Shown here in pieces: positions 19,309 to 27,727 of a stretch of DNA of 64,000 nucleotides. The notes beneath the pieces are model-generated. The model was not told the DNA's origin and did not search any database. It was given only the letters and a program-made list of their open reading frames with translations. The stretch is from IMG/VR virus record IMGVR_UViG_3300049729_000039; one strand, given 5' to 3'. The translations under genes and the position numbers were made by a program. Each line of letters opens with the position of its first letter. Position 1 is the first letter of the stretch. The stretch comes from a virus.

Positions 19309-19596
19309 CTACGGACGAACACTTGTAATAGAATTTCCATCACACGGTTGATTACAGGTGCATACGTCATCCATATGGTGTTGCATGGATGAAATGTATG
19401 GATTACCTCTTGGCGATAGATGAAAAGGCTCTAAATAGCCTTCTTTTGCAAAGTAACCTACTTCCTTGTACCTAAACTCGAAACCTGAGTCTCTCATACA
19501 AATTGTTAGTGTTTCTCCGCTATCGTTTTTCAGTACTGCCTCATTGAATAATTCTTCAATTTGAATTACTCCGTTTTCGATTGTCGTTATTTTCAT
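19309..19596 (-). CDS. Hypothetical protein
   Basis: 95-aa ATG ORF. Confidence 0.5.
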   Translation of the reverse strand: MKITTIENGVIQIEELFNEAVLKNDSGETLTICMRDSGFEFRYKEVGYFAKEGYLEPFHLSPRGNPYISSMQHHMDDVCTCNQPCDGNSITSVRP

Positions 19597-19599
19597 TGT

Positions 19600-19977
19600 T
19601 TAAAATTTATTTAGTTTAACTTTCTCACAGCATTCAGCGATCCAACCGACAAGATAGGCGTCTGCTTCCATTCCTATTGATGTTTCACCGAGTTCGTCCC
19701 ATATAATTCGTGCTGCATGTGTAGCTTCATGTGCAATATTGCCCATATTCATTTTGTCTTTTCCGGAAAAAGTAATAATAACACCGTATAACAGTGTTCT
19801 CTTTTCCATTACAGAGCAAGTTGTTGCGTGAAATTTGGATATATCTTCATACACTATTTCGCTCTTTAGTTTATTGTCAAAAAACCTGTCTTTAACGCAC
19901 TGTATGTTTCTTGTCACGACTATCCATAGCTTGCGTGGATATATTACAGGGTCAAATTGATGTATGATAGGTTTCAT
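19600..19977 (-). CDS. Small HExxH metallopeptidase-like protein
   Basis: NIAHEATHAARIIWDELGE contains an H-E-x-x-H zinc-binding motif. Confidence 0.5.
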   Translation of the reverse strand: MKPIIHQFDPVIYPRKLWIVVTRNIQCVKDRFFDNKLKSEIVYEDISKFHATTCSVMEKRTLLYGVIITFSGKDKMNMGNIAHEATHAARIIWDELGETSIGMEADAYLVGWIAECCEKVKLNKF

Positions 19978-19980
19978 ATC

Positions 19981-20142
19981 TTATCGTGTGTTAGATTGGC
20001 TTATTTGCAGTATTTCCTCTACGCCTTTCATATATCTCTTGTGAGCCGATGAAGAACGGAACGACACTACACTTCTAAACCCAAATGCTTTTGCAATGAC
20101 TTCGTGTGACAGTTTCGCTTTTTTGATGTTTTCGTACTTCAT
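19981..20142 (-). CDS. Small HTH-like operon-leader protein, paralog A (53 aa; below the track size cutoff)
   Basis: My translation is MKYENIKKAKLSHEVIAKAFGFRSVVSFRSSSAHKRYMKGVEEIL.... It is clearly paralogous to 22723..22893, with a TATCTTTG box 38 nt upstream. Confidence 0.55.
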   Translation of the reverse strand: MKYENIKKAKLSHEVIAKAFGFRSVVSFRSSSAHKRYMKGVEEILQISQSNTR

Positions 20143-20180
20143 TTTGGTGTTTATGATAGTATATCGGTGTATTATGGATG

Positions 20181-20188
20181 CAAAGATA
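20181..20188 (-). promoter_or_regulatory. -7 box TATCTTTG (minus strand)
   Basis: caaagata on the + strand, 38 nt upstream of the ATG at 20142. No clear -33 TTG. Confidence 0.45.
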
Positions 20189-20196
20189 CGGTATTT

Positions 20197-20418
20197 TTAA
20201 GCAGGTTCGAGGTTCTCGTCGAAGTATTTCTTAGCTACATACCATACATCAGCATGGTTATTAGGGTTTCTAGCCACATATCCCTGAGCAAACTCTTCAT
20301 TTGAAAGAAGCTTGTCTTGTTCGGATACGGATAGATTCGACATATCAACGCCTACGTATTCCGAGAATGGACACATCTCTGATAATCCTTTACGCTTGTA
20401 TTGTTTAAATTCAATCAT
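20197..20418 (-). CDS. Hypothetical protein
   Basis: 73-aa ATG ORF. Confidence 0.5.
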   Translation of the reverse strand: MIEFKQYKRKGLSEMCPFSEYVGVDMSNLSVSEQDKLLSNEEFAQGYVARNPNNHADVWYVAKKYFDENLEPA

Positions 20419-20488
20419 TGTCTTGGGTTATTTATTGTTATCAATGTAAGTATTGTCTTTGTTGTTATCGTTCATTGTAGGGCTTTAT

Positions 20489-20920
20489 TTAGATAATTTT
20501 CATGTATTCAAGCATCCTTGCAACTCGTACCCAATCTACAAATGGACGGTCTGAAATGTCAGGTCTGTCTAATAGCGGTATTCCGAGTGCTGCATCATCA
20601 ATGTAAAGGTGAGCGTATGGCTTTGGAGAATGAGTCCATGATTTCTGCTCAGGGTTTTCATTGATTCCCCATAACTCAATTCCATTTTCTTTGAACCAAT
20701 TTACTGCATTAGTAAGATATGTTCCACCTGAACTATGAATAGCATCATCGTCTGATACAGGAAACTCCACATCAGAACGCATGGTAAATAATATAATTCT
20801 ATGCCCGTTTGCAACGATTCTTTTAAGCGTGTGCTGTGCGTTAATATCTTTTCCTATATTTGGGAACTCGTGTGTTACTACTGTTCCATCAAAATCAATG
20901 GCTATTATTTTTTTGTTCAT
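20489..20920 (-). CDS. HAD-superfamily hydrolase/phosphatase
   Basis: The N-terminal IIAIDFDGTVV carries the HAD motif I (DxDGT); a later ...YIDDA... fits motif IV. Confidence 0.65.
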   Translation of the reverse strand: MNKKIIAIDFDGTVVTHEFPNIGKDINAQHTLKRIVANGHRIILFTMRSDVEFPVSDDDAIHSSGGTYLTNAVNWFKENGIELWGINENPEQKSWTHSPKPYAHLYIDDAALGIPLLDRPDISDRPFVDWVRVARMLEYMKII

Positions 20921-21117
20921 TTCATCGGGTTTAAATAGCTACAATAACTCACTTGTCCTTTTTCAATTATGCAGTCATTGGAACAGGTTTTGTAATCTGC
21001 CTGACAATTTTTGCAGAGTCCCTGGTTTAACTTGCGGTTTCCGGAATTTGATTTGTTTACAGCTTGCCATTGTTTGATATGCTCTGTGCTGTGAGGGGTC
21101 ATTCCGATTATTTTCAT
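20917..21117 (-). CDS. Small Cys-rich protein
   Basis: 66 aa with CKNC...C..DC; overlapping coupling to neighbours. Confidence 0.45.
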   Translation of the reverse strand: MKIIGMTPHSTEHIKQWQAVNKSNSGNRKLNQGLCKNCQADYKTCSNDCIIEKGQVSYCSYLNPMK

Positions 21118-21302
21118 AGCGGTTTATCTACTACTTTAAAATACAAATCATACAGGAACTTCAAAGACTGTTGCTTTTCGTATCTCCTGAGAATATCTTC
21201 TGAGTTGTGATGCTTGTCGATTGACAGAGTAAGTATATCCATTTCCTTATCAATTTTTTCTATCTGATCATTTATAAGTTCGCCTATTTCTTGATTGGTC
21301 AT
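21114..21302 (-). CDS. Hypothetical protein
   Basis: 62-aa ATG ORF. Confidence 0.45.
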   Translation of the reverse strand: MTNQEIGELINDQIEKIDKEMDILTLSIDKHHNSEDILRRYEKQQSLKFLYDLYFKVVDKPL

Positions 21303-21422
21303 TCTGTTTCGTATTTAATACATTCAACAATCTCGTTGTCCACTACTTTAAAATCCCCTACGTTAGCTGCACAAAACGCAGGATCACTCTTGCAGGACTC
21401 GCAAAGTTCGATTAGGTTGTCT

Positions 21423-21779
21423 TTATTCATGGTTACTTGGTGTTATTCCTAAAATTTCAGCAATCCTACTCAATTCTTCTAATGTGTTTTGTGGTTGATA
21501 TTGTGAACTGAAATGATTTCTTATTTTTTGGTGAAGATCACTACGGTTATACATATCTAAAATTTCTTGCTTTGTCAGGTATAATTGAACATTGTTTTGG
21601 GAATAATCCTTACATGAATATAAAAGAGTCTCCTTATCAAAACTTACATCACTATCCTCTGTTGTATAGAAATATTTTCTACCAATTTTTGAAATGGTAA
21701 ATTCAGATAGTTTCCCTTTTTGACCCCAACTCCTTTTAATGCCAAATAATTTCATTCCAATTGTCAGCTCTGTGCTCAT
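21423..21779 (-). CDS. Hypothetical protein
   Basis: 118-aa ATG ORF. Confidence 0.5.
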   Translation of the reverse strand: MSTELTIGMKLFGIKRSWGQKGKLSEFTISKIGRKYFYTTEDSDVSFDKETLLYSCKDYSQNNVQLYLTKQEILDMYNRSDLHQKIRNHFSSQYQPQNTLEELSRIAEILGITPSNHE

Positions 21780-21924
21780 TTCTTATCCCTCCAATAACAG
21801 TAAGTTTCCCAATAGTACATTGCCAAAAGTCCGTAGATAAAACTAAGCGGTGTGGTAGAACTAAGATATTTCATCTCGTACTTAAACCATAAGGCGTTAT
21901 ATTTTATGCGGGCTTCGGTGACTG

Positions 21925-22326
21925 TCATTTAATCTGTGATTTAATCCAATTTTCAAGTTCCTGATATGGTTCAATGGTTCCACCAATCATACGAATTGTG
22001 CTGAATTGAATAGCAAAGGAAACCATATCTTTTTTATTAAAGCATTTACTTTCGTTTTCAAGCGCGTTTTTTAGTGACTGTTCTTCCATGTCAAATCCTC
22101 CCTTTGCTTCCATCATTGGAGTCCAGTTCGGATTATCTTTTCTGACAGATTCAATTGCCAAATCAAACATATTCTGTTTAGGTTCCAAATTATTCATTCG
22201 TTTAGGTGGCAGCCCTGAAACTTCGCTAATAATATTCGTTCCATTGCAGGTCTCACATTTTAACACTTGACCAAACGAGTTCATCAGTGTTCCTGTTCCG
22301 TTACATATTGGACATTTTTGCCACAT
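21925..22326 (-). CDS. Protein with a DnaJ-type CxxCxGxG zinc-finger N-terminus
   Basis: CPICNGTG and CETCNGTN motifs lie within the first 30 aa. Confidence 0.55.
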   Translation of the reverse strand: MWQKCPICNGTGTLMNSFGQVLKCETCNGTNIISEVSGLPPKRMNNLEPKQNMFDLAIESVRKDNPNWTPMMEAKGGFDMEEQSLKNALENESKCFNKKDMVSFAIQFSTIRMIGGTIEPYQELENWIKSQIK

Positions 22327-22456
22327 TATATTAGTTTTAAAATGAGTTTAATAAAAAATATCTTAACAGTCAGATAGGTTATTTTAAATGGTTCATCAAA
22401 CACATAAGCCCATGCAAGACTTACTTCTGACTCAATTAATATATCTGATAGCTTTT

Positions 22457-22726
22457 TCATCTTTCCCAGTCTCTTAAATCATTAATCTGATCATCAATTT
22501 CTTTCTCTGACTGCTTAGTATGTTTGCCACATAATTCAGATAACTTTCCTTTTATTGCTTCTTTGGCAGCATCCGGAGAATAAACAATAGTTCCGTTTTC
22601 AATTCCAATTATCCCAGCATCTCCACATTCATCAGAAAGATCTTTTCCCATTTGTTCTTCAATCCAGATCTCTCCTTTTATGGATGGTTGGAATTTCATG
22701 GACTCTTCAAGTGTCTCCTTTTTCAT
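22457..22726 (-). CDS. Hypothetical acidic protein
   Basis: ATG ORF in an ATGA overlap with the upstream small gene. Confidence 0.5.
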   Translation of the reverse strand: MKKETLEESMKFQPSIKGEIWIEEQMGKDLSDECGDAGIIGIENGTIVYSPDAAKEAIKGKLSELCGKHTKQSEKEIDDQINDLRDWER

Positions 22727-22893
22727 ATCTTGCTTTTGATGTTTTCAATTACAATCCCAATCAACTTATCTATTCCTTCCATGTAAGTCTTGTGAGACGT
22801 AGTGTTTCTGAAAGAATGAACATTTTTAAAACCAAATAACTCTGAAATACGCTGGTGTGTCAGTTTTGTTTTTTTTATGTTCGGATATTTCAC
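22723..22893 (-). CDS. Small HTH-like operon-leader protein, paralog B (GTG start)
   Basis: My translation is (V)KYPNIKKTKLTHQRISELFGFKNVHSFRNTTSHKTYMEGIDKLI..., about 50% identical to paralog A. A promoter lies 43 nt upstream. Confidence 0.5.
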   Translation of the reverse strand: MKYPNIKKTKLTHQRISELFGFKNVHSFRNTTSHKTYMEGIDKLIGIVIENIKSKI

Positions 22894-22936
22894 TTTTATT
22901 TGTATTGATTATAGTACGGTTTGGTATTTTCGAGTA

Positions 22937-22967
22937 CAAAGATAATTCATATTATAACAAAAAGCAA
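22937..22967 (-). promoter_or_regulatory. Bacteroidota-type promoter (TTG-N20-TATCTTTG)
   Basis: The reverse complement of 22937-22944 is TATCTTTG and of 22965-22967 is TTG, with a 20-nt spacer. Confidence 0.6.
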
Positions 22968-22970
22968 GTA

Positions 22971-23330
22971 TTATTTTTTAAGTGTCTTTGAAAATTTCTC
23001 TGCGTGAACCTCAATTGCTTTTGACATACACAGCGAGAAGAACTGCCCTAAATACCTGCGAACGGTAGATGGCAATACTGATTTCTTCTGCATCATCTTT
23101 TCGCATTCGATCAGAAGTGAATCTACATTCAGCATTCCGTGTTCCAATAAATAGACATACGGTGTCCTGTTTAGCTTAATTTCCGTGGTGATAAAATTAT
23201 CAGCGTTATACCTTGCCGTCCTGTCTATTATTTTCTCCCTGAATAGACTTATCTCTTTAAGTTGGTTGATAATTGCTTGTCTGAAAGCTGAATCCTGTAG
23301 AAAATTATCCTGGTTTAAAATATTCTTCAT
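22971..23330 (-). CDS. Hypothetical protein
   Basis: 119-aa ATG ORF. Confidence 0.5.
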   Translation of the reverse strand: MKNILNQDNFLQDSAFRQAIINQLKEISLFREKIIDRTARYNADNFITTEIKLNRTPYVYLLEHGMLNVDSLLIECEKMMQKKSVLPSTVRRYLGQFFSLCMSKAIEVHAEKFSKTLKK

Positions 23331-23502
23331 GCTAAATCCTTTTGTTCTTGTTTAAATATTAATTCGTATTCATCACTCGGTAAGGTTATTTTACCAATTT
23401 CACACCAAATAAAATTGAGTGTTATTATTCCATTAAAGTGTGTTTTCCGTTTACTTACCGGAAACTCTTTACCGTCTGATTTTCGTTTTAAGTATAGCAT
23501 AA

Positions 23503-23820
23503 TTATTTTTGATAATAAATTTTAAACCCCAATTTCTTTGCAACCCAATACTCTAAACATGCACCGTCCGATTCTTTCCAGCCTTTTAACATGTAGATCG
23601 AATTACAGTGTAGTAAATGCCACAAACAGATAATCATACACTTTAACCAACTGTCTTTAAATGTTAGTCCTAATTGAGTTGGATTACAAACGCTAAATGA
23701 TTTCCATTCGGGTCTACAAAGTAAATAAATATCATACTGGGCTTGTTTGAATTTTCGTTTTGTTTCCTCTAAATCGGTACCGGAAACTTTTCCACTGATA
23801 AAAATACGGTCTTTTTTCAT
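23503..23820 (-). CDS. DUF4406 / nucleoside 2-deoxyribosyltransferase-like protein
   Basis: RIFISGKVSG at the N-terminus and IYMLKGWKESDGACLEYWVAKKLGFKIY at the C-terminus match, from my memory of this family, its pattern (..gWe.S.Ga..E...A..lG..v). Confidence 0.5.
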   Translation of the reverse strand: MKKDRIFISGKVSGTDLEETKRKFKQAQYDIYLLCRPEWKSFSVCNPTQLGLTFKDSWLKCMIICLWHLLHCNSIYMLKGWKESDGACLEYWVAKKLGFKIYYQK

Positions 23821-23971
23821 AAATCAACAGGGTTACATTCGTTTTTATTTGCAGGTGTAATTTTGTCGTCAATTAATTTCTGACGTTTCTGTGCTAGGTC
23901 GGTAAGGTGTTCTTGGATAAACCTACGAAATGTAGCGTCATGTAAATAGTTCTTAGTATTTAAAATTGATT

Positions 23972-24631
23972 TCATTTCAGCAGTCTTTTAAGGTTTGATT
24001 TATTATGAATGGTTGTAAACTTTTCCAATTCAGAAATAAGCTGTATAACCTTTTCTTTTGATGGTTCGGGTAGATTATGATTACCACTATCGCAACCAAT
24101 GTTTACCTGTGACGGTCTGCATCTCTTGATGTATGACACAAAGTGCATAAGGTTAAAATCAAGTATTGGCTCAATTGTGACATACGTTTCAAATCCCATA
24201 TCAGAAAGCATGTTCATGTATTTTGCTCTTTCGTATGGATTTGGGCTTTCTTTCATTATCTCAGGATAAAAAATATCGCTTTCGAGAGTGGTACAGATTA
24301 CTGATTTAGGTAATCTAAAATCCAATATTCGTTTTGGGTTCTTTGTCTGAATAAGATATTTATTATCAAACTTATTCAAATAATTCAAAACACATGCAAT
24401 CCAATCGTCTGGTATATTTTCAGCAAACATATCAATACTTGAGCCGACAAATATGAAATTGTCTTTACCTAAATCAGTTTTAATTTCTTTGTTATCAAAA
24501 CGTGGAGGGTTTAACTTTCCCCATCTCTTCATATAGCAATAACTGCAATCGTGAAAACAAGCACCTTTTATTATATTAAAAGTGTGAGTTACAAACTCAT
24601 ACATGTTACCTGTTGATTTATTCAGTCCCAT
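23972..24631 (-). CDS. Radical-SAM-like Fe-S protein (CX3CX2C)
   Basis: IKGACFHDCSYCYMKRW contains C-x3-C-x2-C near the N-terminus, as in radical SAM and phage Gp37/Gp68-type proteins. Confidence 0.55.
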   Translation of the reverse strand: MGLNKSTGNMYEFVTHTFNIIKGACFHDCSYCYMKRWGKLNPPRFDNKEIKTDLGKDNFIFVGSSIDMFAENIPDDWIACVLNYLNKFDNKYLIQTKNPKRILDFRLPKSVICTTLESDIFYPEIMKESPNPYERAKYMNMLSDMGFETYVTIEPILDFNLMHFVSYIKRCRPSQVNIGCDSGNHNLPEPSKEKVIQLISELEKFTTIHNKSNLKRLLK

Positions 24632-24647
24632 CTTTAACCTCCTTTAC

Positions 24648-25067
24648 TCATTGGTTTTCTTTTAAAATTTGATTAACCTTGTTTGCGTAATATCTGAAGT
24701 CGCTGTCAAACTTAAACTTCAGTTCGTATTCTTTCTTGTAAAAACTGATCGTAGAGTGATCTCGTTTTAATAATCTGCTAATTTCTTTGTCGGGTATCTT
24801 TTCCTTAAAACACCAGTTAGCGAAAATAAGCCTAGCGTATGCGTTATATCGTTCTTTACCTCTTTTTGATAAATCTGTAAGGTTTACATTCAAAACGCTG
24901 TGTAGTGACCTTAAAACAGGGTCTACGTCAACGACTGGACTAAATCTACCTGTGATTTTAATCCTCACGTCCGAATAACCGATTCTTTGGAAAAGTTCCG
25001 TTAAAAACCGTTCTACCGATTCTGGCGGGACTTCTCCTTTTGAGGTTGCTGTTATGGTTAGGTTCAT
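24648..25067 (-). CDS. Second DnaA domain-IV-like HTH protein
   Basis: YARLIFANWCFKEKIPDKEISRLLKRDHSTISFYKKEY parallels DnaA domain IV (..aR.iamyl......s...Ig..l.rdHsTv.ha). Confidence 0.55.
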   Translation of the reverse strand: MNLTITATSKGEVPPESVERFLTELFQRIGYSDVRIKITGRFSPVVDVDPVLRSLHSVLNVNLTDLSKRGKERYNAYARLIFANWCFKEKIPDKEISRLLKRDHSTISFYKKEYELKFKFDSDFRYYANKVNQILKENQ

Positions 25068-25711
25068 TTGAATTTAAACCCAGTTAGTTTTATGATAGTA
25101 GCAACAGGAACCTCGTTGCCGTTCTTGCCATTGCCGGAATCATCAATGGTGTTGTTGAATAAAAAGGCTCGATACGTGTGCTGGGCTTTAATGTATAATA
25201 CTTTCCACATCTGAGTTGGAACATACACTCTACCTATCATTTTTAGTTCTCCGATAGACCCACACCGAACATAAACAGAATCAACCGTACTCGCTATGTT
25301 GCGTGTTATTTTCTCTAAATTTTCCCAACTTCCTGCATTAAATGCGTGATACTGAGCAGCCATGTTCGAAAAGTAAAAACACTCTCTTTGGACTTGATCT
25401 GTCTGACACAGGTTATCATCGCACGGATCATTATGGCCTTTGTCAAACCCTGACTTTAGATAATCTTTGGCTAAATTTGTTTCATCTGGTAATAGCGGAT
25501 CTGGGGCAAACGTATTATTTCTTTTCAGTGGTTGCATACATTTTACTTTAGCTTTGGTGTCCCACCACATAACAATTACGGGTCTGTGCATAGAAATACT
25601 GTACACCGTAGTGTAGTTTGTGTGTTTGATTCTTATAGTGTCAGTCTTTGGAATCTGACCCAAGCAGATGTTGGAAATAATTAATAAAATTAATAATAAT
25701 AAGGTTTTCAT
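25064..25711 (-). CDS. Secreted DNA/RNA non-specific endonuclease (Serratia NucA / Endonuclease_NS type)
   Basis: Signal peptide MKTLLLLILLIISNICLGQ. FDKGHNDP fits the DRGH active-site motif, and SNMAAQYHAFNAGSWENLE fits N..PQ....N.g.W..lE. Confidence 0.7.
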   Translation of the reverse strand: MKTLLLLILLIISNICLGQIPKTDTIRIKHTNYTTVYSISMHRPVIVMWWDTKAKVKCMQPLKRNNTFAPDPLLPDETNLAKDYLKSGFDKGHNDPCDDNLCQTDQVQRECFYFSNMAAQYHAFNAGSWENLEKITRNIASTVDSVYVRCGSIGELKMIGRVYVPTQMWKVLYIKAQHTYRAFLFNNTIDDSGNGKNGNEVPVATIIKLTGFKFK

Positions 25712-25724
25712 TTTTTTTTGTTTT

Positions 25725-25925
25725 TTAGTTATACAATATTTGTGTCAGTAATAATTCTTCTTCCCCAGAATAATCACAGCATCCGGTGAATATATCAATC
25801 TCCATAGCAATATTGAACCCATCGTCAGACCTTACGTTGTTTCCAATAAGATTAGCAGGCTCGTCTCCGAAAAATGAACACATCTCGATATGCTCTGCGA
25901 GTTTATAATACGGGAGTTGATTCAT
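25725..25925 (-). CDS. Hypothetical protein
   Basis: ATG at 25925 (MNQLPYYK...); the track start at 25997 is TTG. Confidence 0.45.
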   Translation of the reverse strand: MNQLPYYKLAEHIEMCSFFGDEPANLIGNNVRSDDGFNIAMEIDIFTGCCDYSGEEELLLTQILYN

Positions 25926-26070
25926 TTTCGATAAATATTTTGTGATCTGATGCTTTGCAATAATTCTGCGATAACTCCATACAGTCAGGGTCGTCAATCA
26001 ATACACAGCCGATACACTGTGTGTTATCAGCATCAACTAATTTTAGGTTTTCTTTTTCGTATTCTTTCAT
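25903..26070 (-). CDS. Small Cys-containing protein (55 aa; below the track cutoff)
   Basis: My translation is MKEYEKENLKLVDADNTQCIGCVLIDDPDCMELSQNYC.... It fills the gap between neighbouring genes. Confidence 0.4.
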   Translation of the reverse strand: MKEYEKENLKLVDADNTQCIGCVLIDDPDCMELSQNYCKASDHKIFIENESTPVL

Positions 26071-26088
26071 AGTGCAAATTTATTACAT

Positions 26089-26301
26089 TTATTCGGTTAA
26101 ATCAATAGGTTCAAGTAATTTAGAATCGTTCCAAATAAGGTTCTCAAAATCAAACAAGCATTTTTTACACAGTTCGATCTTTTGGTCAATTCTTATCTGG
26201 TGAATACTGTCGTTCATCCTGCGCTGTTGTTTTAATTGGAATATATCGGATTGAAGTTCTCTTATGCAGCGTTTAAGATTGCGTTCTGTGTCGGGGGTCA
26301 T
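26089..26301 (-). CDS. Hypothetical helical protein
   Basis: 70-aa ATG ORF. Confidence 0.5.
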   Translation of the reverse strand: MTPDTERNLKRCIRELQSDIFQLKQQRRMNDSIHQIRIDQKIELCKKCLFDFENLIWNDSKLLEPIDLTE

Positions 26302-26339
26302 AATGTTTATTTTCTTAATGTGCTGAAAAATACCGAGAA

Positions 26340-27083
26340 TTACAAATTATTTTCGTATTCATTTATTGCTTTAAAGATTTGATGTGCCACTTGTGGGACT
26401 ATGGCGTTACCTGCTCCGTGAATGGCCTGCTCAGCCAATCTTCTGGGAAACCCATAATGTTCACTACACACGAAGGGCATGGCGTTCCTTTGAATAAAGT
26501 CGACAAACCTATTTGTTTTCCTATTTCCAATCTCCGTTGGTTGCAATTGTTCCAATATATTCCCCTGTCCCGAAAGTCCGATGCTGACGGAGTAGGCAAT
26601 AAACCAAACCCTGTATCTTTCGTGTTCTGCGCCAACCGACGAAGCTGGAATAATAACCGGTTGTATTTTGTACCCCTCGTTTTCCAACGATGAACATATA
26701 AACTCGAACACTGCTGAAAATTTTGATGAAGCAATAGCAAAAACGTTTTCGGCAACGATCCACCTGGGCTTAATCTCTCTGATCGCTCTAAGCATCTCTG
26801 GAAATAAATATCTTTCGTCGCTTTCTCCAAGCTGTTGTCCTGAGTTGCTAAAGCTCTGACAAGGAAATCCACCTGTGAGAACATCAATTCTGTTTGCATA
26901 TTTTGTAAAATCAGTTGTTTTTATATCTTCAAATAATTCTGCATTAGGCCAATAATATTTCAGCACTTTTTGTCCGAATGGATTTATCTCACAATGAAAT
27001 AAATTATCCCACCCCGACCATTCAGCAGCCAGATCGAAGCCACCAATACCAGAAAATAAACTTCCATGTGTTAGCTGTGTCAT
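26340..27083 (-). CDS. DNA (cytosine-5)-methyltransferase, compact form
   Basis: Motif I is SLFSGIGGFDLA, motif IV is GGFPCQSFSNSG, motif VI is IVAENV, and motif X is GNAIVPQVA. ATG at 27083; the track start at 27104 is TTG. Confidence 0.9.
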   Translation of the reverse strand: MTQLTHGSLFSGIGGFDLAAEWSGWDNLFHCEINPFGQKVLKYYWPNAELFEDIKTTDFTKYANRIDVLTGGFPCQSFSNSGQQLGESDERYLFPEMLRAIREIKPRWIVAENVFAIASSKFSAVFEFICSSLENEGYKIQPVIIPASSVGAEHERYRVWFIAYSVSIGLSGQGNILEQLQPTEIGNRKTNRFVDFIQRNAMPFVCSEHYGFPRRLAEQAIHGAGNAIVPQVAHQIFKAINEYENNL

Positions 27084-27181
27084 AATATCCGTTTTTTGCC
27101 ACAAATTAGCTTGTGTAATGAACGATTAATCCAAATTGATATATAGATACCACTTTGACTTTATCGTGTCTTAAATCGAAG

Positions 27182-27445
27182 CTATTTGCCATTTTGTATT
27201 TTCTCAATTAAATCTGTTTGCTGTTGGGTTAATTCAAAATCTTGCTGTGTCATTCCCACTATGGAGTACGAAACAATATCCTGTACTGTGAATATTCCAC
27301 ACTTAGGGCATGGGAGAAGTGGCGGTTCTCTCCTGAGAATATGCATCAGGGATAAAAAGTAAGTCTCGTTGAATGGTTTATTTGCTTCGCTGATGATTAT
27401 CTCATTACAACGACGACATTTGGTTTCGTAGGTTATATTTTCCAT
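27182..27445 (-). CDS. Small zinc-ribbon protein
   Basis: CRRCNE...CPKCG. ATG at 27445; the track TTG start at 27550 would overlap the upstream gene. Confidence 0.45.
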   Translation of the reverse strand: MENITYETKCRRCNEIIISEANKPFNETYFLSLMHILRREPPLLPCPKCGIFTVQDIVSYSIVGMTQQDFELTQQQTDLIEKIQNGK

Positions 27446-27530
27446 TAGAAATAGTTTATGTAAATTGATACTCCGAGAATAAACAGCACTGTTAGAGTGC
27501 GCCAGTCGATTAAAAAGTGTAAAAGTCTTT

Positions 27531-27725
27531 TCATTTTGTCCATTTTTCAATTACTTCGTTAAAGTCGTTAATTTGTTCAATTTCTTTGTCAATGATATGA
27601 TTGATATTTCTGTGCCATGAAATATCTGAATCGGGATGACCGTTTCTTGTTTCGATCTTATCCATTAGGTTTTTCTCGCAAATGGATAGTTGTTCTTGCA
27701 TTATTTCAATTAGTGATTTTTCCAT
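27531..27725 (-). CDS. Hypothetical protein
   Basis: 64-aa ATG ORF directly downstream of the primase-helicase gene. Confidence 0.5.
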   Translation of the reverse strand: MEKSLIEIMQEQLSICEKNLMDKIETRNGHPDSDISWHRNINHIIDKEIEQINDFNEVIEKWTK

Positions 27726-27727
27726 AA

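Noticed and set aside
26379-26899. Overlapping ORFs on both strands inside the methyltransferase gene
   Set aside because: The minus-strand frame 26340..27083 carries all the canonical C5-MTase motifs. The others are alternative-frame or antisense artefacts.
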